From positions 160,001 to 224,000 of the forward strand of contig JBPOGF010000003.1 of NCBI GenBank assembly GCA_051251915.1: a stretch of 64,000 bases of DNA, read 5' to 3'. This stretch comes from Akkermansiaceae bacterium (GTDB taxonomy: Bacteria; Verrucomicrobiota; Verrucomicrobiia; Verrucomicrobiales; Akkermansiaceae). A program made the position numbers and the translations under genes. Of this stretch, positions 1 to 10,164 are shown in pieces; within the stretch, counting starts at the first letter, position 1, and each line of letters begins with the position of its first letter. The notes beneath the pieces are model-generated. The model did not search any database and was not told the DNA's origin. It saw nothing but the letters and a program-made list of their open reading frames with translations.

Positions 1-126
1 TCACTCTATGCTGATAGTCAGAAGGCTCGTCAAGAGCTCGGGTGGAAGCCGAAATTTACAACCATTGAGTCAATCATTGAGTCTGCTTGGTGTTGGCATA
101 AAGCTCACCCTAAGGGGTTTGATTAA
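1..126 (+). CDS. galE: UDP-glucose 4-epimerase, C-terminal fragment (gene starts before window)
   Basis: Frame 1 reads [41 protein letters not shown], the typical GalE C-terminus; directly upstream of glf. Confidence 0.8.
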   Translation, partial: SLYADSQKARQELGWKPKFTTIESIIESAWCWHKAHPKGFD

Positions 127-169
127 AGTAGAGACCTAGAATAGAGGCTGCGGACCAACATATTAAACA

Positions 170-1342
170 ATGACTATTACTGATAAACGACCCATAGATG
201 CCCTTATAGTGGGGGCTGGTTTTGCTGGGCTTGTAGCAGCTGAGCAGCTGAGTAAAAAGCTCGGTTGGAAGTGCGTGGTGGTGGATCAGCGTGATCATAT
301 TGGAGGGAATGCTTACGATTACTATGATGACGCTGGTGTTCTCGTTCATAAATACGGGCCTCATTACTTCCGCACTAATTCAGAAAAAATAGTAGCGTAC
401 CTTAGCCAGTTCACTGAGTGGAGACCTGTTGATTATAAAGTGCATAGTTATACGGAAGGGCGCTATTGGAGCTTTCCTATCAATTTGAAAACATTTGAAC
501 AATTGATTGGAAGGGAGTCAACCAGCGAGGAATTTGAGCAGTGGATGGAAGAGCATAGGGAAAAGATTGAGAACCCACAGAACTCAGAAGAAGTCATTAC
601 CTCTCAAGTAGGATATGAACTATACGAGAAGTTTTTTAAAGGATACACTATTAAGCAATGGAAGAAACATCCAAGGGAGCTAGACAAGAGTGTGTGTGGA
701 CGCATACCGATACGGACTAATCGTGATGATCGGTACTTGCGCGAATCGTTTCAGGCTTTGCCTGCTAATGGATATACAGCTTTATTTGACAACATAGTAA
801 AATCGAGTCTAGGTGTTGAAGTGAAGCTTTCAACAAGCCTCGAACTAGCGAAGGAGGTTTATCAATGGACGCATTTGGTCTACACGGGTCCAATTGATGC
901 TTACTTTGATAATTGCTTAGGCAAATTACCTTATCGATCACTGCGTTTCGAGCATGAGAGTTTTGACTTAGTCGGTCTTAATGCACGTAGAGATATTTCG
1001 GGTAAATTAGGATATTGGCAACCAGAGATGCAGGTGAATTATCCATCAATTGATGTAGATTTCACACGAATTGTAGAAATCAAGCACGCAACGGGGCAAG
1101 AGATTGACACCACTACTATCGTTAAAGAATTTCCAGCAGATTACGAAGCAACAGGTGAGCCTTACTATCCTGTTCCTAATGAAGAATCGAAAAAGCTCTA
1201 TGAGCAATACAAGCAATTAGCTGAAAAGGAGCTTAACACGAGTTTTATTGGTCGCCTAGGCACTTATAAATACTACAACATGGATCAAGTTGTTGGAATG
1301 GCGTTGAAAGAATGTGAGAAAATTGAAGAGCAGTATGGGTAG
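170..1342 (+). CDS. glf: UDP-galactopyranose mutase
   Basis: GAGFAG FAD motif, HIGGNAYD, HKYGPHYF, YTIKQW, EPYYP, GRLGTYKYYNMDQ. Confidence 0.95.
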   Translation: MTITDKRPIDALIVGAGFAGLVAAEQLSKKLGWKCVVVDQRDHIGGNAYDYYDDAGVLVHKYGPHYFRTNSEKIVAYLSQFTEWRPVDYKVHSYTEGRYWSFPINLKTFEQLIGRESTSEEFEQWMEEHREKIENPQNSEEVITSQVGYELYEKFFKGYTIKQWKKHPRELDKSVCGRIPIRTNRDDRYLRESFQALPANGYTALFDNIVKSSLGVEVKLSTSLELAKEVYQWTHLVYTGPIDAYFDNCLGKLPYRSLRFEHESFDLVGLNARRDISGKLGYWQPEMQVNYPSIDVDFTRIVEIKHATGQEIDTTTIVKEFPADYEATGEPYYPVPNEESKKLYEQYKQLAEKELNTSFIGRLGTYKYYNMDQVVGMALKECEKIEEQYG

Positions 1343-2438
1343 TGGACGAACGAACGTGCTACTTGCAACGCACATTGAGCCTGTGATCCATGGGCAAGCG
1401 GCTATGGCGAAGCAATTAGTGAGCATGTCAGAAGATTGGGAAGACATTAAACTCACAACTATCAATACGGTCTATGCAGAAAGCCGAGACGAATTAGGGA
1501 GCAAGGGCCTGAAGAAGATAAAGAGATTTCTCAAATATCGTAGAGAAATAATTAACAGAATTAGAGAAGAAGACATTTCTGTGCTAATACTTACCCCTGG
1601 CTTCTTTTTAGGAGCATTTATTAAAGATGCATTGTTGATAAGAGCGGTGAAAAAGAAAACCCAGGCGAAGGTGATCGCATGGGTACATATGGATCCCGCT
1701 CGATTGGAATTTGAAAATCGCTCTAGCATTTTTAAGAAATTTGCGATGCATACTATTGAGTTAGTAGACTTGTGGGTGGCTTGCGCTCCGAGCTTATTGA
1801 ATAGTTGGCCAAAATGGATAGCTGGTAAGAAGATTGCAATAGCTAATATTATCCCTGATCCGTTAAAAGGCATGATGATGGCTAGTCAACAAAATACATA
1901 TGATGTGATCCGAATAGGTTATCTTTCAGCAATGGATCCAGAAAAGGGTTGGCGAGATTTGTTTCAAGCGGCCCAATCCTTATGTGAGAAATATACTCAT
2001 CTAGAATTTGATTTTTACGGAGGAGTAGGTCAGCGTGAGACACAGGAGACAATGGAGAAAGTCTTTAGGGAGTCAGGATATACCGAGCGGATAAGGTGGC
2101 ATGGTGCTGTGTATGGAGAGGATAAAGCGAACGCTTATCGTTCTATGGATTTATTCATCTTTCCTTCACATACTGAGCAGTTTCCTTTAACAATTTTAGA
2201 AGCGATGGCATATGGATTACCTATCATTAGTACTGATGTAGGTGCGGTAAAAGATGCCCTAAATAGTCAAAATTTGATTTCTACTGCAAAACCAGACACA
2301 ATTGAATCAGCTATAATAGAGCGAATTACCGACCCTCGAAAGTTGGTCGTATCTGGACAAGGTAATCGCGAAAGATACGAACAATATTTCTCCGACACAG
2401 TCGTATCTCAACAGTGGTACAATACCTGCCGAGGTTAG
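1335..2438 (+). CDS. Glycosyltransferase family 4
   Basis: DLFIFPSHTEQFPLTILEAMAYGLPIISTDVG (EX7E GT-B motif); ATG 1335 preferred over 1314. Confidence 0.88.
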   Translation: MGSGRTNVLLATHIEPVIHGQAAMAKQLVSMSEDWEDIKLTTINTVYAESRDELGSKGLKKIKRFLKYRREIINRIREEDISVLILTPGFFLGAFIKDALLIRAVKKKTQAKVIAWVHMDPARLEFENRSSIFKKFAMHTIELVDLWVACAPSLLNSWPKWIAGKKIAIANIIPDPLKGMMMASQQNTYDVIRIGYLSAMDPEKGWRDLFQAAQSLCEKYTHLEFDFYGGVGQRETQETMEKVFRESGYTERIRWHGAVYGEDKANAYRSMDLFIFPSHTEQFPLTILEAMAYGLPIISTDVGAVKDALNSQNLISTAKPDTIESAIIERITDPRKLVVSGQGNRERYEQYFSDTVVSQQWYNTCRG

Positions 2439-2661
2439 AGTAAAGCTTGAAACTAGTCATATAATATAAAATAAATAATCTGTTTAACTCGCACATCTGT
2501 GGCCGAAGTAAGTTGTGCTGGAGGGTGATTTATTCGTATATGTATAAATAATATTCAGTTAATAAGTGATACTGTATATGGTTGGGTTACTAGTTCTACC
2601 GTATCTATAGTTAATGAGTAAGGTGAAAAAATCTAAATATTAATTAATAATTATAAAATCT

Positions 2662-3429
2662 ATGAAAGCAGTTATATTAGCAGGTGGTCTGGGAACGAGA
2701 CTCTCAGAAGAGACAAATATTAAACCAAAGCCAATGGTAGAAATTGGCGGGCGCCCTATACTATGGCACATACTAAAAATTTATAGTGATCATGGAATCA
2801 ATGATTTCGTTATTTGTGCTGGATATAAAGGATATGTCATAAAAGAGTATTTTGCCAACTACTTCCTTCATATGTCAGATGTGACTTTTGATATGGAATC
2901 TAATACCATGGAGGTACATAGAAAGAAAGCTGAACCATGGAAAATTACTGTAGTAGATACTGGTGACGGTACGATGACTGGTGGGCGAATAAAACGCATC
3001 AAGGACTATGTAGGAGATGAAACTTTTTGTTGCACCTACGGAGATGGAGTAGGTGATATAAATGTTACAGAACTAATCAAGAAACATAAGAGTAGCGGAC
3101 TAAAGGCAACTTTGACTGGAGTACAGCCTCCAGGACGTTTTGGGGCTCTTGTCATGGAGCAAGATAAGATCACGTCGTTCAAGGAGAAGCCACAAGGTGA
3201 CGGCTCTTGGATCAATGGCGGGTATTTTGTTCTAGAGCCTAGCGTGTTTGATTTAATTCAAGGAGATTCTACAATATGGGAGCGAGAGCCATTAGAAGTA
3301 CTTGCTGAAGATAAACAGTTAGGTATATTTAGGCATAAAGGTTTTTGGATGCCAATGGACACACTGCGTGATAAAAATGAGCTAGAAGCACTTTGGGATG
3401 GAGGTCAAGCACCTTGGAAAACTTGGTAA
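2662..3429 (+). CDS. rfbF: Glucose-1-phosphate cytidylyltransferase
   Basis: ILAGGLGTRLSEET..KPKPMVEIG, TMTGGR, TYGDG, GFWMPMDTLRDK. Confidence 0.96.
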   Translation: MKAVILAGGLGTRLSEETNIKPKPMVEIGGRPILWHILKIYSDHGINDFVICAGYKGYVIKEYFANYFLHMSDVTFDMESNTMEVHRKKAEPWKITVVDTGDGTMTGGRIKRIKDYVGDETFCCTYGDGVGDINVTELIKKHKSSGLKATLTGVQPPGRFGALVMEQDKITSFKEKPQGDGSWINGGYFVLEPSVFDLIQGDSTIWEREPLEVLAEDKQLGIFRHKGFWMPMDTLRDKNELEALWDGGQAPWKTW

Positions 3430-3454
3430 TATCATCAAAATAAGCACAGATCTA

Positions 3455-4564
3455 ATGGCATTCCATTCACAATATTCAGGAAAAAAAGTAATTCTCACAG
3501 GTCACACTGGTTTCAAAGGGAGTTGGATGGCCGAGTGGCTAACAATTTTAGGTGCAAAAGTTTATGGCTTTGCCTTAGATCCTTTGCCAGAGGCTATTTT
3601 TTATGACCAACTAGGTTTAAATAAGAGCTTGGCAGGTGATGTCCGTGCGGACATCCGTGACTACGATGCGCTTAAGAAACTGATTGGCGAGGTAGATCCA
3701 GATTTTATTTTCCATTTAGCAGCGCAGCCGCTAGTCCGTTATTCTTATGATATTCCGGTAGAAACATTTGCTGTGAATGTGATGGGATCTATTCATCTCA
3801 TGGAAGCGGTGAGAGAGACAGGTATAGCATGTACCGTTGTCATGATCACGACTGATAAATGTTATGAGAATAGGGAATGGCTTCATGCTTATAGGGAAGA
3901 AGAGGCGATGGGGGGCTATGATCCCTATAGCGCTAGTAAGGGGGCTGCAGAAATAGCCATTTCATCGTATCGCAGGTCATTTTTCAGTTCGGAGGATGGA
4001 AAGGTGAAGGTGGTATCAGCTAGAGCTGGTAATGTCATTGGTGGGGGTGATTGGGCCCAAGACAGAATCATACCTGATTGTATTAAGGCGATTAAGAAGG
4101 GTGAGCATATTGCGGTTAGGAACAAGATCGCGACACGACCATGGCAGCACGTGCTAGAACCTATTTCTGGTTACCTCTGGCTAGGTGCGGTCATCGATAA
4201 TCCAGCACTTGTGGGTCGAGATTGCGCAGAGGAGCTAATAGGAGGGTTTAATTTTGGTCCAGCATTGACTTCAAACAAGACTGTTGAACAGTTGGTTGTC
4301 GAGCTGCTGAAACATTGTCCGGGAGATTGGAAAGATTGTTCAGATCCTGATGCTGTACACGAGGCTTCCAAGCTAAATTTAGCGATAGACAAGGCGTTCC
4401 ACTTGCTTGAGTGGCGACCAGTTTGGGGATTTGAGGAGACAATTGACAAAACAGCCTCTTGGTATAGAGATGCGGAAGAGTCAGATATACCCACTTACAC
4501 CAGATCACAAATAGAACAATATACAGCAGATGCTGCACGTTTAGCGCTCAATTGGAGCAAGTAA
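3455..4564 (+). CDS. rfbG: CDP-glucose 4,6-dehydratase
   Basis: TGHTGFKGSW, HLAAQPLVRYSY, TTDKCY, DPYSASK, RAGNVIGGGDW, RPWQHVLEP. Confidence 0.95.
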   Translation: MAFHSQYSGKKVILTGHTGFKGSWMAEWLTILGAKVYGFALDPLPEAIFYDQLGLNKSLAGDVRADIRDYDALKKLIGEVDPDFIFHLAAQPLVRYSYDIPVETFAVNVMGSIHLMEAVRETGIACTVVMITTDKCYENREWLHAYREEEAMGGYDPYSASKGAAEIAISSYRRSFFSSEDGKVKVVSARAGNVIGGGDWAQDRIIPDCIKAIKKGEHIAVRNKIATRPWQHVLEPISGYLWLGAVIDNPALVGRDCAEELIGGFNFGPALTSNKTVEQLVVELLKHCPGDWKDCSDPDAVHEASKLNLAIDKAFHLLEWRPVWGFEETIDKTASWYRDAEESDIPTYTRSQIEQYTADAARLALNWSK

Positions 4565-4583
4565 TTTTAGAATAATAAACCGT

Positions 4584-6098
4584 ATGGAAACAGAAGAATT
4601 AAAAGCAAAGATTTTAGAACTGACACGTGAATACAGCCGTCAGGTTCACAGTGCCAACCGCCCAGGAGATGATAGCCAGCATGCGCCATTCATAGCAGGA
4701 GAGACGACCGTTCCTTATGCAGGGAGAGTATTTGACGAAGATGAGGTAGAAGCAGCAGTATCTTCCACACTCGATTTTTGGCTCACAATGGGGCCTGAGG
4801 GAGCCGCGATGGAAAAAGAGCTAGCTGAATTCATGGGAGTTAAGCACAGTTTGTTGGTAAACTCTGGGTCATCGGCTAACTTAGTTGCATTGAGTGCTTT
4901 GACTACACATAAGCTTCCTGAGAAAAAGAGAATTGTGCCAGGTGATGAAATCATCACAGTAGCAGCTGGTTTCCCTACGACTGTGACACCGATCATCCAA
5001 TGTGGTGCCGTGCCTGTATTTATTGATGCCAAGAGTCTTACGGGTAATGCGAATTGTGCGTTGCTGGAGGATGCCTACGTTGAAGGTAAAACAAAAGCGG
5101 TGATGATGGCGCATGCTTTAGGCAATCCATTTGAGCTAGGTAAAGTATTAGAATTTTGTAAGAAATATGATCTCTGGTTGGTTGAAGATAACTGTGATGC
5201 TTTAGGGTGCACGTATTCTTTACCAGTGGAGAATGCAAAAACGTTAGGGTTAGATCATCTACTCAAGTTGGCAGCGAAACGAGAAGAAGGGCAATTCCCC
5301 AACATTAAAGATGGAGTCCTCACTGCGTATACTGGAACATTTGGTGATATTTCTACTCAATCATTCTACCCTCCACATCACCTCACGATGGGTGAAGGCG
5401 GTGCGGTGAATATTATCCGTAGAGCACCACTTAAGACATATGCAGAGAGTTTCCGTGATTGGGGGCGCGATTGTTGGTGTCCGTCTGGGAAAGACGATAC
5501 TTGCTGTAAGAGATTTCAATGGCAGTTGGGTGAATTACCTGAAGGTTATGACCATAAATACATATACAGCCACTTAGGCTACAATGTGAAACCACTTGAT
5601 CCTCAAGCCGCGATTGGTAGAGTGCAGCTTCGTAGGTTGCCGGCATTTATTCAGGCTCGTAAGGACAACTGGCAGAAGCTGAGACTAGGGTTAGCTTCGC
5701 TCGACAAGTACATTGATTTTGCCTTACCAACACATGCTACGGCATGGAATGAAGATGGGACATTTGAGTGGGACGAGACAGGACATAGAACAGATTGTTC
5801 ATGGTTTGGTTTTAAAATGACGATCAAGTCTGATGCGCCATTCACAAGGACGGATCTTGCAAGGCACTTAGATGAGAAGAAGATTGGTAACCGGATGTTA
5901 TTTGGTGGGAACTTGGTAAGGCAACCAGCTTTTGTTCAGCTTCGCCATGATCGGCCCGATGCTATGCGCGTGTCTGGTGAGTTACCAGAAGCTGATCGCA
6001 TAATGAATTACACCATGTTCCTTGGTACATATCCGGGTTTAACTCAAGAGCAAATAAATTATATGGTGAAAGTGATCATAGAATTTTGTGAACAATAA
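4584..6098 (+). CDS. rfbH: CDP-4-keto-6-deoxyglucose 3-dehydrase (E1, PMP/[2Fe-2S])
   Basis: NSGSSANL, EDNCDALG, SFYPPHHLTMGEGG (His in place of the Schiff-base Lys), RDWGRDCWC..DTC, YDHKYIYSHLGYN. Confidence 0.95.
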   Translation: METEELKAKILELTREYSRQVHSANRPGDDSQHAPFIAGETTVPYAGRVFDEDEVEAAVSSTLDFWLTMGPEGAAMEKELAEFMGVKHSLLVNSGSSANLVALSALTTHKLPEKKRIVPGDEIITVAAGFPTTVTPIIQCGAVPVFIDAKSLTGNANCALLEDAYVEGKTKAVMMAHALGNPFELGKVLEFCKKYDLWLVEDNCDALGCTYSLPVENAKTLGLDHLLKLAAKREEGQFPNIKDGVLTAYTGTFGDISTQSFYPPHHLTMGEGGAVNIIRRAPLKTYAESFRDWGRDCWCPSGKDDTCCKRFQWQLGELPEGYDHKYIYSHLGYNVKPLDPQAAIGRVQLRRLPAFIQARKDNWQKLRLGLASLDKYIDFALPTHATAWNEDGTFEWDETGHRTDCSWFGFKMTIKSDAPFTRTDLARHLDEKKIGNRMLFGGNLVRQPAFVQLRHDRPDAMRVSGELPEADRIMNYTMFLGTYPGLTQEQINYMVKVIIEFCEQ

Positions 6099-6111
6099 GT
6101 GATTAGTTAAC

Positions 6112-6957
6112 ATGCGCTTATTTGTTACTGGTGCCAGTGGGTTTATAGGAAGTCACTTTGTGGACTTAGCGTTGTCTCAAGGGCACACAATAGTGGCTTT
6201 AAGTCGTGATAATTCGATGCCAAAAACATCAGATGGAAATCTGCAGTTTTTTCATGGTGAATTACATACAGTTAGAAAGGAAGTACTTGAGAAATGTGAT
6301 GCACTCTATCATTTTGCATCACATGGGGTATCCCCGCAGAGGTGCACATGGGCATCAGCGTTAGAGATTAATACAACAAGGTCGATAGCTCTGATTCAAT
6401 TAGCACTAGAAGCTAATGTACCGAGAATTGTTTGTTGCGGTAGCTGTATGGAGTATGGGAAAGCAGGGGAGACGTATGAGAAGGTTCCACCGGATGCACC
6501 TCTCTTACCATTTGGTCCGTATGCGATATCTAAAGTAGCTTTTGCTCATGCATTAGCGAGTCTTTCAAGGACGACAACTTCTAAGCTTCAACTGTTACGG
6601 CCTTTTCATGTTTATGGCGATGGACAATATGAATCTAATTTTTGGCCAACCTTAAAAAAAGCAGCAATAGAAGGCAAAGACTTTGAAATGACTAGTGGTG
6701 AACAGATACGAGATTATCAGTCTGTAGTCGAAGTAGTGTCTGACTTTTTAGAGGCTTTATATTGTAAACTATCTATAGTTGGTAAACTAAATGTGAGGAA
6801 TTTGGGTAGTGGTGAAGCGATTAAAATGAGTAATTTTGCAGAGAAGTGGTGGCGACATTGGGAAGCATCTGGCGCTCTGAACATTGGAGCATTAGCATAT
6901 AGAGAAAATGAAGTTATGCGCTATGTGCCATGTATCAATTCGATAGCACAAATTTAA
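6112..6957 (+). CDS. NAD-dependent epimerase/reductase, probable CDP-dideoxyhexose (abequose/paratose-type) synthase
   Basis: TGASGFIG, GSCMEYG, YAISK (YxxxK), RPFHVYG, GEQIRD; directly after rfbH. Confidence 0.75.
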   Translation: MRLFVTGASGFIGSHFVDLALSQGHTIVALSRDNSMPKTSDGNLQFFHGELHTVRKEVLEKCDALYHFASHGVSPQRCTWASALEINTTRSIALIQLALEANVPRIVCCGSCMEYGKAGETYEKVPPDAPLLPFGPYAISKVAFAHALASLSRTTTSKLQLLRPFHVYGDGQYESNFWPTLKKAAIEGKDFEMTSGEQIRDYQSVVEVVSDFLEALYCKLSIVGKLNVRNLGSGEAIKMSNFAEKWWRHWEASGALNIGALAYRENEVMRYVPCINSIAQI

Positions 6958-6960
6958 GTT

Positions 6961-7626
6961 ATGAAGATAAAACAAACAATCAAAAATGCTTTATTTGGTA
7001 AACCTGTATTACTTCAGCAGAAGTTACTCGAAGCCTCTTTAAGAGAAATTGGAATCAAACCCAAATTAGTGAAAATTGAGATAGATCACTTAAACGGATA
7101 TTCAATGGTAAATGGATATTCTTTGGGAATAATTTATCCTGTAATTTTTTTTGAACTTTGTGAGAATTTGCCAAATATCAAAAAATATAAATATTATTTT
7201 AATGGAGCCATGCCCGACTTAGGAGGAAGACGGGAAATGTTGGAATCATACATTGATGATGATAATAATCTAATTATATCATCTCAGCAAGGGAGGAATA
7301 ACCGACGGAAAGGGAAATTTAATAAGGATTATTATAGTCATTTGAAGATGGCTCAATTTACATTGTGTCCACATCAAACAGACTGGACTGGCCCCAAATC
7401 AACAATGTGGACGTATCGGTTTATAGAAGCATGTATGGGAAGATCAATCCCAATCACTTTTAGAAGCACGCCGTTGGGAGAAGATTTTATAAAAGGATTT
7501 CATGTTCAATGGGATGATGAGAAAAATACGTATGAGGAGAGCCTAACTTCTGAGAATTTTGAATTGGCTAAGCAAAAGTTCACATTGAGTGGAGTAGATA
7601 TCACAAAAATTAAAGACACTTTATAA
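6961..7626 (+). CDS. Putative glycosyltransferase, exostosin/GT47-like
   Basis: YYSHLKMAQFTLCP...TYRFIEACMGRSIPI resembles the exostosin F-x-L-C-P...R-x-x-E-A...IP motif. Confidence 0.5.
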   Translation: MKIKQTIKNALFGKPVLLQQKLLEASLREIGIKPKLVKIEIDHLNGYSMVNGYSLGIIYPVIFFELCENLPNIKKYKYYFNGAMPDLGGRREMLESYIDDDNNLIISSQQGRNNRRKGKFNKDYYSHLKMAQFTLCPHQTDWTGPKSTMWTYRFIEACMGRSIPITFRSTPLGEDFIKGFHVQWDDEKNTYEESLTSENFELAKQKFTLSGVDITKIKDTL

Positions 7627-7636
7627 AGTGTGCTAT

Positions 7637-7661
7637 AGATGATTAACTGCATTAATCATCT
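7637..7661. other. Perfect 10-bp inverted repeat between GT47-like gene and wzx
   Basis: AGATGATTAA-ctgca-TTAATCATCT. Confidence 0.55.
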
Positions 7662-7678
7662 GAACGCAAAAAACTTTT

Positions 7679-9181
7679 TTGAAAAGCTATAAACAGATAT
7701 TTAAAACATCGGTGATCACTGGTTCAGCGCAGTTGATAAATTACTCAATTGGGATGATTCGGATGAAGGTTATCGCTGTCTTGTTGGGAACTTCTGGAGT
7801 GGGGCTGATCGGGCTATATAATTCGATAGTGGCTTTAGGTGTTACTCTGTCCCAAATGGGGGTTGATCAAAGTGGAATCAGAGAAATAGCAGAAGCAGAA
7901 GGTAGATCGGATTCTAGAGAAGTAGCATCACTTATAAAAGCGATCCAGAGAATATGCTGGGTATCAGGTCTGTTAGGCTGGTTGCTAGTAATACTACTCG
8001 CGCCAATACTTAGTAGTTTATTTTTCCAAACTAATCATCATGCTATACTTGTAGTAGTACTGGGTGCCGCTATATTATTCGGTGTGGTAAATGGTGTTTA
8101 CAGTGCGAAGCTGCGAGGATTACGAAAGATATTAGATTTAGCAAAAATACAAGTTTTAGCATCATTATTCTCGACATTGATAGCGGTGAGTATTTTTTGT
8201 ATTGTTGGTGAAAAAGGAATTATTCCTGCAATTGTTTTAACAGCATTTATGCAACTTTGTTTTAGCTGGTGGTTTAGTAAGCGAATTGTTTTAGTTGCAT
8301 GTGAACAAAAATGGACTGAGACTCTAAAGAGATCAAAGAGGTTGCTTTATGTAGGATCTCCATTTCTTTATGGAGCGTTATTGGCGGTATTAGTAGCATT
8401 TTTAATTCGTATTCAGACAGTTAGAGAACTTGGTATTGAAGCAAACGGAATTTATCAAGCGGTTTGGGCTATATCAGGGATGCTTGGTGGTTTTATCGTT
8501 ACGGCAATGGCCGCAGACTTTTATCCAAGGTTAACGGCAGCATCTGAAGATCACACGTTAGTTAATTCGCTCGTAAACGAGCAGATAGAGATAGGAACAT
8601 TACTAGCTCTACCTGGTCTGGTTATGCTAACGGGATTTACTTCTTGGGTTCTCCGCATATTATATTCAGCTAGTTTTCTTTCAGGTAGTGAACTTCTTCC
8701 TTGGTTCGTTCTTGGAGCCTATGGGACGATTCTTATTTTTCCACTGGGAATGATACAAAGAGCTAAAGTAGCTACTGCTTGGATGTACGTTGGACAAACG
8801 GAAGCAAATTTAGTACATTTAATATTAATCGCAGTTTTTACAAGTTACTTTGGATTGACCGGACTTGGATATGCATTTTCACTTCATATCATTATTCATG
8901 GAGTGGTTGTTTATTTAATAGCTAAGAAGCTATCAGGTTTTAGCTTTACAGGATCTTCATTGAAATTGATCATTTGTACATTATTCTTTATGTTGATTTC
9001 TGTTATAATTAATCATTATGCTAATAATATTGAGAACGTACTATTTAATGGGTTACTAGTAATTGGGGTATCTCTATTTTCACTAAAAGGATTAATTAAA
9101 CGTCTAGGGGCGGATCACAGAATCAGTCTATATGTGGATAAATTACCATTTCTCAGAAGATTAGTATCAGGAGAAAAATGA
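7679..9181 (+). CDS. wzx: O-antigen/polysaccharide flippase
   Basis: TTG start, about 12 hydrophobic segments, KVIAVLLGTSGVGLIG, GIYQA, DFYPRL (WzxE-like). Confidence 0.88.
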   Translation: MKSYKQIFKTSVITGSAQLINYSIGMIRMKVIAVLLGTSGVGLIGLYNSIVALGVTLSQMGVDQSGIREIAEAEGRSDSREVASLIKAIQRICWVSGLLGWLLVILLAPILSSLFFQTNHHAILVVVLGAAILFGVVNGVYSAKLRGLRKILDLAKIQVLASLFSTLIAVSIFCIVGEKGIIPAIVLTAFMQLCFSWWFSKRIVLVACEQKWTETLKRSKRLLYVGSPFLYGALLAVLVAFLIRIQTVRELGIEANGIYQAVWAISGMLGGFIVTAMAADFYPRLTAASEDHTLVNSLVNEQIEIGTLLALPGLVMLTGFTSWVLRILYSASFLSGSELLPWFVLGAYGTILIFPLGMIQRAKVATAWMYVGQTEANLVHLILIAVFTSYFGLTGLGYAFSLHIIIHGVVVYLIAKKLSGFSFTGSSLKLIICTLFFMLISVIINHYANNIENVLFNGLLVIGVSLFSLKGLIKRLGADHRISLYVDKLPFLRRLVSGEK

Positions 9182-9218
9182 ACAACCCTAGATTAGATTA
9201 TTTAAATAAATAGTTTAG

Positions 9219-10118
9219 ATGATCCTAATAAGAAAAACAGCTAACAAAATCAGTCATATGAACATCAGAAAATGGTTAGGTAATATAAAAATTCAACTTA
9301 GGCGATTGGTTAGGAATCAAAAACAAAGAAAAGTTTCTAGCCACTTGGTTAACGTTTTCTGGTGGGATACTAAACCTAATTTTGGAGATGAGATCACATT
9401 AGAGATTTTGAATTTCTATGGTATAGGAGTCAAATGGAGTGAGCCAGAGAGGGCTCAGATAGTAGGATTAGGAAGTATTTTACAGCTAGTTCCGGATGGT
9501 TACGGAGGTATCGTTTATGGCTCTGGTATTATTTCAGATACAAGTAGAAAGCCCCAGAATATAAATGCTTCAAACTTTATGGGAGTTAGAGGTAAGTATA
9601 CACGAGATATTTTCAAATTGCCTAAAGACCTAATTCTGGGAGACCCTGGGTTGATACTTTGTGAACTTAAAGGGATTGAGAAATCTAGTGAAGCTGCGTA
9701 TGATCTAGGGATTGTAATTCATTATAAGCATGAGATGGATAAAATAGTGTTAGCTTTAAAGGCTCATAATATCTCTAATGTGAAGTTAATTTCTCCATGT
9801 AATAGTGTGGAACAGGTGATTACAGAAATATCGAGCTGTAAGAATATATTATCAAGTTCTCTACATGGCTTGATAATAGCTGATTCTTTAGTAATACCTT
9901 CAAAGTGGATCACTTTCAACACAGATTTGGATGGAAATGAGTTTAAATTTCATGATTATTATAGTGCTTTTGGAATTCTCAGAAGCCGCTTTAGAGTTCT
10001 GGAATTAGGAGATATCGATAAAGCCGCAAAAGAGTGCGAGCTGATTCCTAGTAAAGAGTTGGAGCGAGTAATCTGTAATGTAAAATCAAACACGAAACGT
10101 ATGATTGACTTGTTATAG
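9219..10118 (+). CDS. Polysaccharide pyruvyl transferase family protein
   Basis: NFGD, GSIL, GVRG..T, LGDPG, SSSLHGLIIADS, FKFHDYY. Confidence 0.85.
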   Translation: MILIRKTANKISHMNIRKWLGNIKIQLRRLVRNQKQRKVSSHLVNVFWWDTKPNFGDEITLEILNFYGIGVKWSEPERAQIVGLGSILQLVPDGYGGIVYGSGIISDTSRKPQNINASNFMGVRGKYTRDIFKLPKDLILGDPGLILCELKGIEKSSEAAYDLGIVIHYKHEMDKIVLALKAHNISNVKLISPCNSVEQVITEISSCKNILSSSLHGLIIADSLVIPSKWITFNTDLDGNEFKFHDYYSAFGILRSRFRVLELGDIDKAAKECELIPSKELERVICNVKSNTKRMIDLL

Positions 10119-10164
10119 AGATTGGAGCAATCGAGATTTAAAGACCATAAAAAATGTTACATAA

